A DNA stretch of 62,514 bases, the filler included. It is 4 parts of 4 records of this genome, joined end to end, with 100 filler letters (N's around TTAATTAATTAA, not from the genome) between each part and the next. Parts side by side here need not be neighbours in the genome. Positions count along the whole stretch, not along the records: positions 1 to 26,558 come from SRR20825019_1189; positions 26,659 to 39,132 come from SRR20825019_1199; 2 more parts are not named here. One strand, given 5' to 3'. Position numbers and translations under genes: made by a program. The notes below the pieces were generated by a model. The model was not told the DNA's origin. It did no database searches and saw only the letters and a program-made list of their open reading frames with translations. Shown piece after piece: positions 23,901 through 32,973 of the stretch. How positions within the stretch are numbered: the stretch's first letter is position 1; each line of letters begins with the position of its first letter.

Positions 23901-25661
23901 GAATGTTCCTTCGCGCTTCGGCTCGCAGCCTCACGAAGCGCATCTACTTCTCTTTTGTGGCCGCGCGAAATTTCGCGTAGCTTTTCATCATATTCCTTTC
24001 GAAGATTTGCCAGCTCGCTGTCGCGGGCATCCCTCATTCGCGATAATTCTCGCTTGTGTGCATCCGCGGAGGAGTTCAGCCTGGCATCCACTTCCACCTT
24101 CTCTGTCCTAATTCGACCAAGTGTCACCTCAAAACTCTTCATTTGGGCCTTCTTATCGTTCTCCAGCTCCGACCGAAGTGTACTTAAATCATTCTTATGA
24201 GCAACTTTCAGTCGTGATATCTCTTGACTGTGTTTTTTTGCCACCTCGCTTCTCTCTGTCGCATGGTCCTTCTTTGCTCTTGTCATGGAGTCCTTATACT
24301 CGGCTTCCCGGCGTTCCAATTTACGTTCCATCTCTTCCATCACAGCGCGCCCTTCTCTACGAGCCCGCTCGACTTCTACCTTAAGGTCATCCTTCGCGGA
24401 TTTCTCGTAAGTTCTACGATTCTCCTCAACCTGTTGTAGAAGTGATTCCTTCTCTCGTTGAATCCGCCTCTCCACCCTTGACAACTCCTCTTGTTCTTTC
24501 TCTAGTGTTGCAACGGCTCTATTCTTCTCTGCTCGAAGCTTATCCCGTTCATTTTCATGCATTGACCGTAACGTTATCATCTCTTGCTTGAGCTTCGCAT
24601 TGGCTTCTTTCGAATCATCTAGTCGGCGCTGTAGTGTGGCCGCTCGCTCATCACTCTTTGATACATGCTTTAGAGTGTCCTCTGTCAGCTTCACACCCTT
24701 CTTTAACTTCTTTTCTAGGTCTGCACACTTTGCCTCCAGTTCCATTGTTTTTCGTGCCGACCCCTCAAGTTCGTCGGCCTGCCTACCAATGACAACCTTG
24801 AGTTCTTCAGCTTCCCTCTCTGCCTTCTTTCTTTCTTCTTTGAGAGACTCTATATCCGTTTGCAGGTCGTGCACCTGGCGCGTGGATGCCTCGCCTGCAC
24901 GATGCGTCGCCTTCCCCAGATCCTCCAACTGAGCCTGCATCTGCCGCTCCCGGCCAATCGCAAGATTTAGCCGCTCCTGAAGCTTGGCAAGGTGCTTAAC
25001 AACAGCCTCGTCAACTCTCACCCTGTACTTTTCAGTTCGTTTTACCTGATGAGGTCAGTCCACGCAAGGTACGGTAGTTTGGCCTGCTACTCACCCGCTC
25101 CACGAGGTTCTCGTGTCCTTTTCTCAACTTCCCCATGTCTCTACTCTGGTGAAGGTAGCTATTCTTCGCCATGATCTGTTTCAAGCCGTTTCCGTTCCCC
25201 ACTAATTCTGTGGACAGCTTGGATATGCAGCTTTCAAGGTCTGTGCCATATTAGATGGGGGATGAATATGGCTCAGACACAATCATACCTTTCATCCTCT
25301 TGGTCACGGCCACTGAGCTTACTCGTATGGGTGAACCTGATGAACGGATGGAAGATCCTTTGCTCGGGATTCGCCCACGCGGCGACGTCGGTATCTCATG
25401 AAGAGCACTTTCATAAGTCATGGATGACAAACGAGGCGAGGATGCTCCCATTGATAGCGTATCCTCATCACTGCTGAGTGCAAAGTTGTCTGCTGAAAGA
25501 ACCTCTCGTATAGGCGATGGAACATGTACATTCAGCTTGGGACTGCTGGAAGAACTACCTTTGGAGGACTTCCGCTTTGGGGATTTCCCTCCTGGAGAGA
25601 ATACACCCGTCGAGCTCGAGGATCGGTGTGATCTTGGACTAGATGGGCCCGACTTCGGCAT
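20901..25661 (-). CDS. Giant (~1500 aa) coiled-coil protein with Ser/Pro-rich N-terminus (spliced)
   Basis: Introns 25241-25288, 25046-25094, 22094-22143, 21739-21802 and 21453-21502 (all GT-AG on minus) join the ORFs in frame; E/K/R/L heptad-rich. Confidence 0.82.
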
Positions 25662-26558
25662 ATTGTCTCGCTGAAGCTTGGTGTGAGATAGGCGTCAGGT
25701 ATATACTATGTTTGCGTCGACGAGCGCGCGGACGTGAGAGTTGCGGCAGCACGCACGTCCCAAAAGCTCGTCAGTATCATCACTTTCGGTGAAGTTGGAC
25801 CGGCTCGCCGTCGCTTGGCCATTGGTCACCGATAATTCGAGGAGGGACAGTTGACTCCCGCGCCGCCGGCCCCACCTCACTGGGCCAACCCGCCTCGGGG
25901 CGCCGGGGCTTAGCAGTCGCTTCCCAAGTGGCACGTAGAGGGCTTTGTTGACGGGTGGCGCACAGCGCCGCCCGCAGGCGCCGGCCGGGCCGCGGGACAC
26001 CGGACGACAAGCGGCGGCAGCCCGGGCCCGCCGCTTGACGGATGAGGCCGGCCCTCAGGCGCCGCCCCCCGGTGGCGGTCGCAGGCGGGTGGCCGGGGGC
26101 CGCGGCCCGCCGGTCCCGGCGGCTCGGTTCACTTGATCAGCCCCCCGGCCTCGGGAATGGCCGCGTGGCGGGATCACTGATCCGGCTTCAGGCAGGTTGA
26201 AAATATTTGTTTCGAGGAGGATTGCGGAAGGTTCGGAGTGCTATGGTTTCCCTTCGATTCTTTTTTGAAAAGAGGCGCCGGGTTCAAATTTGATTTTGAG
26301 CCATGACTGCCCTACGCATAGCATCAGGGCAGCCCCTCTCCACTCGGCTCATGGCCTTTCACCTCTACTGTTTCCGTCAGGATTTTCCGATTGCGAGGCA
26401 AAAGCCACCACTGAGCCGAGTGGGCTTTTGACAGTGACAAGGAGTGAGCCACTGCTGTTCATCACTACCCTAGATGTTGTGGTGAAGCTCCACCGACCCT
26501 CCCAGCTCACTGCTCACCACAGTCTCTTCCCATCCCCCCCCCCCCCCCCCCCCCCCCC

Positions 26559-26658
26559 NNNNNNNNNNNNNNNNNNNNNNNNNNNNNNNNNNNNNNNNNN
26601 NNTTAATTAATTAANNNNNNNNNNNNNNNNNNNNNNNNNNNNNNNNNNNNNNNNNNNN
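26559..26658. other. Artificial contig linker
   Basis: N44-TTAATTAATTAA-N44 (stops in all six frames); eukaryotic DNA on the left, bacterial DNA on the right. Confidence 0.99.
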
Positions 26659-27255
26659 CTGTTCGACGAGCCACTGTCCAATCTCGATGCCGAATTGCGG
26701 GTGCAGATGCGCGTCGAACTGGCCGGTCTATACAATCGCCTAGGCACCACCATGATCTACGTGACGCACGACCAGACCGAAGCCATGACCATGGCCACGC
26801 GCATCGCCGTGCTCAACAAGGGCAATCTCGAACAGGTGGGCACGCCCTTCGAGCTTTATAACAATCCGCGCAATCTCTTCGTGGCCAGCTTTATCGGCTC
26901 ACCCAAGATGAACCTGCTCAAGGGCATGGCGACGGGGCAGGGGATCGATCTCGACGGACTTGGCGCGCTGGCTGTCCGTCTCGATAAATCCGGAGCGGTG
27001 ACTGTGGGCATTCGCCCCGAACATCTGGGGCTCAATGAGTCCGGAGATCTTAGTGTCGAGGGGACCATTACGCTGGTCGAATATCTGGGTAGCGAGCTGT
27101 TCGTCTATGTTGCCCTGCCGAGCGGTCAGACACTGATGGCCCAGGCGCCGGGCAGTGCCACGCATAAGCGCGGCGACACGGTCTTGCTCGGCTTCAAGGC
27201 AAGCGACGCGCATTTCTTCGATGCCGAAGGCCTGCGGATCGGGGCGTCCGCGTGA
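26659..27255 (+). CDS. Sugar ABC transporter ATP-binding protein (MalK/UgpC family), 5'-truncated by contig end
   Basis: [14 protein letters not shown] (Walker B/D-loop), [28 protein letters not shown] motif GIRPEH. Confidence 0.93.
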   Translation: MFDEPLSNLDAELRVQMRVELAGLYNRLGTTMIYVTHDQTEAMTMATRIAVLNKGNLEQVGTPFELYNNPRNLFVASFIGSPKMNLLKGMATGQGIDLDGLGALAVRLDKSGAVTVGIRPEHLGLNESGDLSVEGTITLVEYLGSELFVYVALPSGQTLMAQAPGSATHKRGDTVLLGFKASDAHFFDAEGLRIGASA

Positions 27256-28898
27256 GCCATCCACTGCTTGGCCGCCTGCGCGCGCTGGACCTGGCTGAAA
27301 AAATCGGGCCGCTCGCCAAACCAGCCGACGCGGCGCTGCTCGAGGAGTGGCAGCGCTCCGGCGTTCGGTTCGTCTCCAGTGCAGATCGGCTGACCGAGCG
27401 CTATTATGATGCCGTGCGCGAGCTGTTCGACTGCATCGCGCCGGCGGCGGACGAAACACCGATACTGCATGAAGGCGGCATCTATCATGGCTGCTGGCTT
27501 GAAAGCACCGGCACCATCAATGCTGAACTCTTGAGCCGGTTCCTGCCCTCGGTGACGACGGCGACCTATTCGGCCTTTGCCCGCTACCAGCGCGACGATG
27601 GGCTGTTTCCCTATAAGGTCACCCCGCAGGGGCCTGCCTTCAACCAGATCCAGCTGGTGACGCCGCTGGCGCGGGCGGTCTGGAACCACTTTCGGCTCAA
27701 CCGGCTCGATACGGACTGGCTGGGTGGGATGTTTGAGGCCATGTCGCGCTATGACTCGTGGCTCGCCAAACATCGAAACACACTGGGCACCGGTGCGGTC
27801 GAGGCGTTCTCGACCTATGACACCGGGCACGATCTGTCCTCGCGCTTCTGGCACGTGCCGGACAGCCCCTTTGCCAATGACCCGACGCGCTACGACCCCG
27901 ACAACCCCATCCTGCCCTTCATCGCGCCGGACCTGACGGCCAATGTCGCCTGTCAGCGGGATTATCTGGGCCGGATGGCCGACCAACTCGGTGGTGACGG
28001 CGATGATTGGCGGCAGAAGGCCGAGGCCAGCCAACAGGCGCTGTTCACGCAATGCTTCGATCCTGATGACGCCTTTTTCTATGATCGCGACCGCCATGGG
28101 CGCATGGTGCGCATCCAGTCCGACAATCTGTTGCGGGTGCTGGCCTGTGAAATTGGCGACGCCGAGAGTTTTGCCCAAGCGCTGCGAGGTTATCTGCTCA
28201 ACACGCGGAAATTCTTTGCAAAATTCCCGCTGACCTCGATTGCGCTGGACGATCCGCGTTTTGACCCGAGTTTCGGGCACAATAGCTGGGATGGGCCGAG
28301 CAATTTCCTCACGCTGATCCGCACCCCGCATGCTTTCGAGCATCACGGCCATCATGTCGAGCTGAGCTGGATCATCCAGCCCACGCTTTCGGCCCTGTTT
28401 GGGGCGGATCGCTTTCCGCAGACGCTCAGCCCCTTTACCGGTGAGGCCGGGTTCACTGAGAAATACTCACCCTCGATCCTGTGCCTGCTCGATTTCGTCG
28501 AGCGCCTGTCGGGCATCCTGCCGCGACCGGAGGGCGAACTGTGGTTCACCGGCCTGCTGCCAAAACCGGCTACCCATCGCTACGAGCAGTGGGAAACTGC
28601 CTATGCGCGCAAGGTTGAGGAGGTCGAATTCGAACTGGTCAACGGGATCGAGACGAGCCAGGTCTGGCGCGCGGGGGAGGCGCTGGGCCGGTTCCCGGCG
28701 GGGGTGCGAATCGTGACCGACCGAGGCGGCACTTTGCGCGCAATCATCGGGCTGACCAGCCGAACCGTGTCCGGCACCGTCGAATGGGAAGGGAGGTCTT
28801 TTCCCTTCACCATTGGACCCAATGAGCACCAAAGTCTTGGGCCAGAGGGCCTTAAGCAGGTCGCCAATCCCGGCATGGTCTTGCCGAGCTACACTTAG
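27252..28898 (+). CDS. MGH1/GH63-like (alpha/alpha)6 glycoside hydrolase
   Basis: GTG start overlaps the ATPase stop. Motifs [20 protein letters not shown] and SWDGPS resemble GH63/trehalase-clan motifs; sugar ABC context. Confidence 0.7.
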   Translation: MSHPLLGRLRALDLAEKIGPLAKPADAALLEEWQRSGVRFVSSADRLTERYYDAVRELFDCIAPAADETPILHEGGIYHGCWLESTGTINAELLSRFLPSVTTATYSAFARYQRDDGLFPYKVTPQGPAFNQIQLVTPLARAVWNHFRLNRLDTDWLGGMFEAMSRYDSWLAKHRNTLGTGAVEAFSTYDTGHDLSSRFWHVPDSPFANDPTRYDPDNPILPFIAPDLTANVACQRDYLGRMADQLGGDGDDWRQKAEASQQALFTQCFDPDDAFFYDRDRHGRMVRIQSDNLLRVLACEIGDAESFAQALRGYLLNTRKFFAKFPLTSIALDDPRFDPSFGHNSWDGPSNFLTLIRTPHAFEHHGHHVELSWIIQPTLSALFGADRFPQTLSPFTGEAGFTEKYSPSILCLLDFVERLSGILPRPEGELWFTGLLPKPATHRYEQWETAYARKVEEVEFELVNGIETSQVWRAGEALGRFPAGVRIVTDRGGTLRAIIGLTSRTVSGTVEWEGRSFPFTIGPNEHQSLGPEGLKQVANPGMVLPSYT

Positions 28899-28993
28899 CA
28901 GGCGTAGCCTCCCTGACAGGACGATGACAGGGAGCAGGCATAAGCTTGCTCTTACGAACGCAACGACGTTCGCAATTGTTCTAGGGAGGATCT

Positions 28994-29938
28994 ATGAACA
29001 AGCTGCTTCTCGCGGCGCTGGTAACCGGCGCCCTTTCCGCACCCGCTTTTGCTGCCGATTACACCATCATGGCACCGGCCGGCCCCGGCGGCGGCTGGGA
29101 CCAGACCGCTCGCACCATGCAGGAAGCCCTGCAGGGTGAAGGCATTTCGGGCAATGTGCAGGTCACCAACGTGCCCGGCGCTGGCGGCACCATTGGCCTG
29201 GCGCAGTTCGCGACCCAGGAAAATGGCAATCCCAATGCCCTGATCGTGGGCGGCTATGTGATGGTCGGCGCGATTCTGACCAATATGTCGCCTGTGACGC
29301 TCAGCGACGTCACCCCCATCGCGCGCCTGACCGGTGAAGCCGTGGCGCTGGTGGTGCCGGCCGCTTCCGACATCCAGTCGGTTGACGATCTGGTGGCCGC
29401 ACTCAAGGCCGATCCGGGCGCTGTGGCCTGGGCCGGTGGTTCGGCCGGTGGTGTCGATCACATCACCGCAGGCCTGATCGCGCAGGCGGTCGAAGTTGAT
29501 CCCACCCAGGTCAACTACATCGCCTATTCGGGCGGTGGCGAAGCCCTTGCCGCCATCCTGGGTGGTCAGGTGACCGTTGGCCTATCGGGCGTCAGCGAAT
29601 TCGCTTCGCAGATCGAGGCCGGTGAACTGCGCCTGCTGGCCGTATCGACCGACACCCGCGTGCCGGGCTTTGACGCCCCGACTCTGATGGAAGAAGGCGT
29701 CGACGTTGCCGTGCAGAACTGGCGCATGGTTGCCGCTGCTCCCGGCATCACCGACGAGCAGAAGGCGGCCATCACCGCCGATGTGAAGGCCATGGCCGAG
29801 TCCGCCACCTGGCAGTCCGCGCTCGAAACCCGCGGCTGGGTCGATACCTATCTCGACGGCGATGCCTTTGCCGCCCAGCTCGACGCCGACAAGTCGGCCA
29901 CCGAGGCCATCCTGAAAGACATTGGCCTGGTCCAATGA
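28994..29938 (+). CDS. tctC: Tripartite tricarboxylate transporter substrate-binding protein
   Basis: Signal peptide; [38 protein letters not shown]. Confidence 0.93.
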   Translation: MNKLLLAALVTGALSAPAFAADYTIMAPAGPGGGWDQTARTMQEALQGEGISGNVQVTNVPGAGGTIGLAQFATQENGNPNALIVGGYVMVGAILTNMSPVTLSDVTPIARLTGEAVALVVPAASDIQSVDDLVAALKADPGAVAWAGGSAGGVDHITAGLIAQAVEVDPTQVNYIAYSGGGEALAAILGGQVTVGLSGVSEFASQIEAGELRLLAVSTDTRVPGFDAPTLMEEGVDVAVQNWRMVAAAPGITDEQKAAITADVKAMAESATWQSALETRGWVDTYLDGDAFAAQLDADKSATEAILKDIGLVQ

Positions 29939-30435
29939 CAACAGGCTCCTCCAAGCCCGAGCGCCGCCCCGATGGGGCGGCGCTTGTCATCGCAGCCATT
30001 CTCGCCGGCCTGGCCGTGGTCATCTTCTGGCAGACCAGCCAGATGCGCCTGCCGCCCGTCCAGCAGCGGGTTGGTCCTCAGGTCTTTCCCTATGTGGTGG
30101 CCACGGGCCTGTCGCTTCTTGCCATCGGCACGGTTGTTTCCGCCATGCGCGGCAGCTTTCCCGAGCGCAGCAAGGATGACTACACGCCGATCTTCTGGAT
30201 TGTCGGCGGCCTGATCGGGCAGATCCTGCTGCTGTCGACGGCCGGATTTTCCATCGGCACGGGCGTTCTGTTTGCCTTTACCGCCAAGGCATTCGGGCGC
30301 GGGCCGCTATGGCAGACCTTTCCGATCGGGACGGTCTTTGCCTTCGCCGTCTGGTTCATCTTTGCCAAGGGACTGCAATTGTCGCTTCCGGCCGGTGCGC
30401 TGGAACGCCTGCTGACGACGGGGACTCCCTTCTGA
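29935..30435 (+). CDS. tctB: Tripartite tricarboxylate transporter small membrane subunit
   Basis: 4 TM segments, VGPQVFP and LSLPAG motifs; lies between tctC and tctA. Confidence 0.9.
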   Translation: MTTGSSKPERRPDGAALVIAAILAGLAVVIFWQTSQMRLPPVQQRVGPQVFPYVVATGLSLLAIGTVVSAMRGSFPERSKDDYTPIFWIVGGLIGQILLLSTAGFSIGTGVLFAFTAKAFGRGPLWQTFPIGTVFAFAVWFIFAKGLQLSLPAGALERLLTTGTPF

Positions 30436-31982
30436 TGGAAACCTTCGACCTTCTTGCCCAGGGGCTGCTTTCGGCGCTCCAGGTGCACAATCTGATTTAT
30501 GCGCTGATCGGCGTGACCCTGGGCACCGCCGTGGGCGTGCTGCCCGGCATCGGCCCGGCGCTGACCGTGGCGCTGCTGCTGCCGGTGACCTACAAGCTCG
30601 ACCCGGCCGGTTCGCTCATCATGTTCGCCGGCATCTATTATGGCGGCATGTATGGCGGCTCGACGACCTCGATCCTGCTCAATACGCCAGGGGAAAGCGC
30701 CTCCATCGTCACCGCGCTCGAGGGCAACAAGATGGCTCGCAAGGGCAGGGGCGGCCCGGCCCTGGCCACCGCCGCCATCGGCTCCTTCGTAGCGGGCCTG
30801 CTCGCCACGCTGGGCCTCGCCTTCATTGCGCCCTTTGTCGTCAAGTTCGCCCTGGCCTTCGGCCCCTGGGACTATTTCGCGCTGATGGTGCTGGCCTTCG
30901 TGACTGTCTCGGCGGCCTTCGGCGACAGCGCTCTGCGCGGGCTGACGGCGCTGTTCATCGGGCTGGGCCTGGGCCTGATCGGCATCGATCTGCAGACCGG
31001 CCAGACGCGCCTCGCCTTCAATGTCATGGACCTGCTCGATGGCATCGAGGTGACGACGCTCGCCGTGGCGCTATTCGCCATTGGCGAGACGCTCAAGACC
31101 GCCTCGGACCGCGACCAGGTCAATTCCGAGGTCATCGCGGTCAAGGGCTCGGTCTGGATGACGCTGGACGACTGGAAGCGCAGTTGGGCCGCCTGGCTGC
31201 GCGGCACCTTTATCGGCTTCCCCATCGGCGCCATGCCGGCGGGTGGTGCCGACGTCGCCAGCTTCCTCTCCTATAGTGCCGAAAAGAGCTTCACCAAGAA
31301 GCCCGAGGAGTTCGGCAATGGCGCCATCGAAGGCGTGGCCGGGCCGGAAGCTGCCAATAATGCCTCGGCGGCCGGCACCCTGGTGCCCCTGCTGACGCTG
31401 GGTCTGCCGACTACGGCCACAGCCGCCATCATGCTCGCCGGCTTCCAGCAATTCGGGCTGCAACCCGGACCACTCTTGTTTGCCAACAATGCCCCGCTGG
31501 TCTGGGCATTGATCGCCAGCCTGCTGGTGGCCAACTTCATGCTGCTGGTGCTCAACCTGCCGCTGATCGGGCTTTGGGTGCGGCTTTTGACCATTCCCAA
31601 GCACTGGCTCTATGCCGGCATTCTGACCTTTGCCACGCTGGGCACGTTGGGAGCCAATGGCGCCATGTCCATGGGTTTTGGGCCGGTGCGAATTTCCTTC
31701 GAGCTGGTGCTGCTGCTGGTGTTCGGCATTCTGGGCTATCTGCTGCGCCGCTTCGGCTATCCCATCGCGCCTGTCGTCGTGGGCTTGATCCTGGGGCCGA
31801 TGGCCGAACAGCAATTGCGCCGGGCACTGGCCATCAGCCAGGGTGACATTGGCGTGCTGTTCTCCTCGCCGATCTCGATCGTGCTCTATGTCGTCGCCAT
31901 CATCGCCGTTGGTGTGCCGCTCATCCTGCGACTGCGCGGGCAGGGCGGCGTGCTGGGCCAATTGGCGACCGACGAGGACTGA
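30435..31982 (+). CDS. tctA: Tripartite tricarboxylate transporter large membrane subunit
   Basis: TGATG-coupled start; [31 protein letters not shown]. Confidence 0.94.
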   Translation: METFDLLAQGLLSALQVHNLIYALIGVTLGTAVGVLPGIGPALTVALLLPVTYKLDPAGSLIMFAGIYYGGMYGGSTTSILLNTPGESASIVTALEGNKMARKGRGGPALATAAIGSFVAGLLATLGLAFIAPFVVKFALAFGPWDYFALMVLAFVTVSAAFGDSALRGLTALFIGLGLGLIGIDLQTGQTRLAFNVMDLLDGIEVTTLAVALFAIGETLKTASDRDQVNSEVIAVKGSVWMTLDDWKRSWAAWLRGTFIGFPIGAMPAGGADVASFLSYSAEKSFTKKPEEFGNGAIEGVAGPEAANNASAAGTLVPLLTLGLPTTATAAIMLAGFQQFGLQPGPLLFANNAPLVWALIASLLVANFMLLVLNLPLIGLWVRLLTIPKHWLYAGILTFATLGTLGANGAMSMGFGPVRISFELVLLLVFGILGYLLRRFGYPIAPVVVGLILGPMAEQQLRRALAISQGDIGVLFSSPISIVLYVVAIIAVGVPLILRLRGQGGVLGQLATDED

Positions 31983-32006
31983 CGAAATCCTGCGGACCCA
32001 GAGCAA

Positions 32007-32043
32007 GTCTCGCCCCTTGCCATAATCTGGCAGGGGGCGAGAC
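32007..32043. terminator. Stem-loop between convergent tctA and the 32056 gene
   Basis: 16-bp stem GTCTCGCCCCTTGCCA/TGGCAGGGGGCGAGAC (one G-U pair), 5-nt loop. Confidence 0.7.
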
Positions 32044-32055
32044 CAATTTACTCTT

Positions 32056-32397
32056 CTAGCGAATGGTAAGTTTCCTGGGGCCCGATGGCGGGGTCGGATC
32101 AGGCGAGCCGCCGCCGCCCGTGAGGGATTGCGGCGCCTCGTCCCTGCCTTCAAACTCCGAATTGATGTCCTGACAGAAATCGGTGGTGGTTTCCGGGTCG
32201 GTCAGGGCGCACTCGGCCTTGTAATTGCCGCGCGTGTCGCACTCGGTTTCGTCGGTGCCATTGGGCATCTGGTATTCGAAGCAGATGATTTCCTCATCAT
32301 CAGCTATGGCGACGCTCGGGGCCAACGGGGTCAGGGCAAGCAGGGCGCCCAGCGTCAGCAGTGTTGTACCCAGGGCGCGTGTCTTGGTGGTGGTCAT
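32056..32397 (-). CDS. Small secreted acidic protein with four cysteines
   Basis: RBS GAGGAGA before ATG 32397; signal peptide ending AIA; 4 Cys. Confidence 0.65.
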   Translation of the reverse strand: MTTTKTRALGTTLLTLGALLALTPLAPSVAIADDEEIICFEYQMPNGTDETECDTRGNYKAECALTDPETTTDFCQDINSEFEGRDEAPQSLTGGGGSPDPTPPSGPRKLTIR

Positions 32398-32516
32398 GTT
32401 TGGTCTCCTCATTGGGGCCGGGCTGTCCGGCTGGTTTGGATGACCGCTAAATGACCGCCCGTGGTTGAACCGGGACTGATGCGCGTTTTCAGATTTCGTT
32501 CAGCCAGTGGACGCGC

Positions 32517-32559
32517 AAAAAAAGCCCGGCTGCCAGGGAGGGATCTGGCAGCCGGGCTT
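32517..32559 (-). terminator. Rho-independent terminator
   Basis: Perfect 15-bp stem AAGCCCGGCTGCCAG/CTGGCAGCCGGGCTT followed by a T-run on the minus strand. Confidence 0.85.
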
Positions 32560-32640
32560 GTCATACCGGCAGGTTTGCGCGAAGGCCTCTGGAGGGAGGG
32601 GCCTGGGCCCCGCGCTTCAAAGCGTCGACGCTGGAATGCG
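32517..32640 (-). ncRNA. Candidate cuckoo/alpha-r14-like sRNA in the 3' region of a small ORF
   Basis: Two hairpins on the minus strand with anti-SD-like loops CCUCCCUCC and AUCCCUCC, ending at the terminator. Confidence 0.45.
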
Positions 32641-32644
32641 GAGC

Positions 32645-32818
32645 TTAGAGCTTGCCGATGTTGCGGAACGCGACCGGGTCGATGCCCAGATTGTCCAGGT
32701 GCTTGGACTTGGGCACCCGTCCAGCTTCGACCGCCGCCGACACAGCAGCAGCGCTGCCGAACACGGTGGCGAAAGTGTCGAGGGTCGCAAAGAACTTGTT
32801 CTTGCGCGGGGTGCTCAT
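32645..32818 (-). CDS. 57-aa small protein (weakly DUF1127-like C-terminus)
   Basis: AGGAAGGA RBS; MSTPRKNKFF...AVSAAVEAGRVPKSKHLDNLGIDP. Confidence 0.7.
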   Translation of the reverse strand: MSTPRKNKFFATLDTFATVFGSAAAVSAAVEAGRVPKSKHLDNLGIDPVAFRNIGKL

Positions 32819-32973
32819 TTTCCAATCCTTCCTGTTCAACCCGGAACAGCCCAGGTCGTTTCCATGACCCCTAGATGGACCTTGTCCACCCGGATCGGTA
32901 GGGGTCGATTGGTCACCCCAGCCATGCATTGTGCGAAGATCTTCTCACCCCGTCACCCGGTCTTGCCGGCAGG

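Noticed and set aside
26534-26558. 25-nt poly-C run
   Set aside because: Lies at the contig end; most likely a homopolymer assembly break or sequencing artefact.
26559-26658. Apparent eukaryote-to-bacterium junction (HGT) and repeated TTAATTAATTAA motif
   Set aside because: An identical N-padded linker occurs three times; it is an artificial concatenation, so no cross-contig linkage can be inferred.
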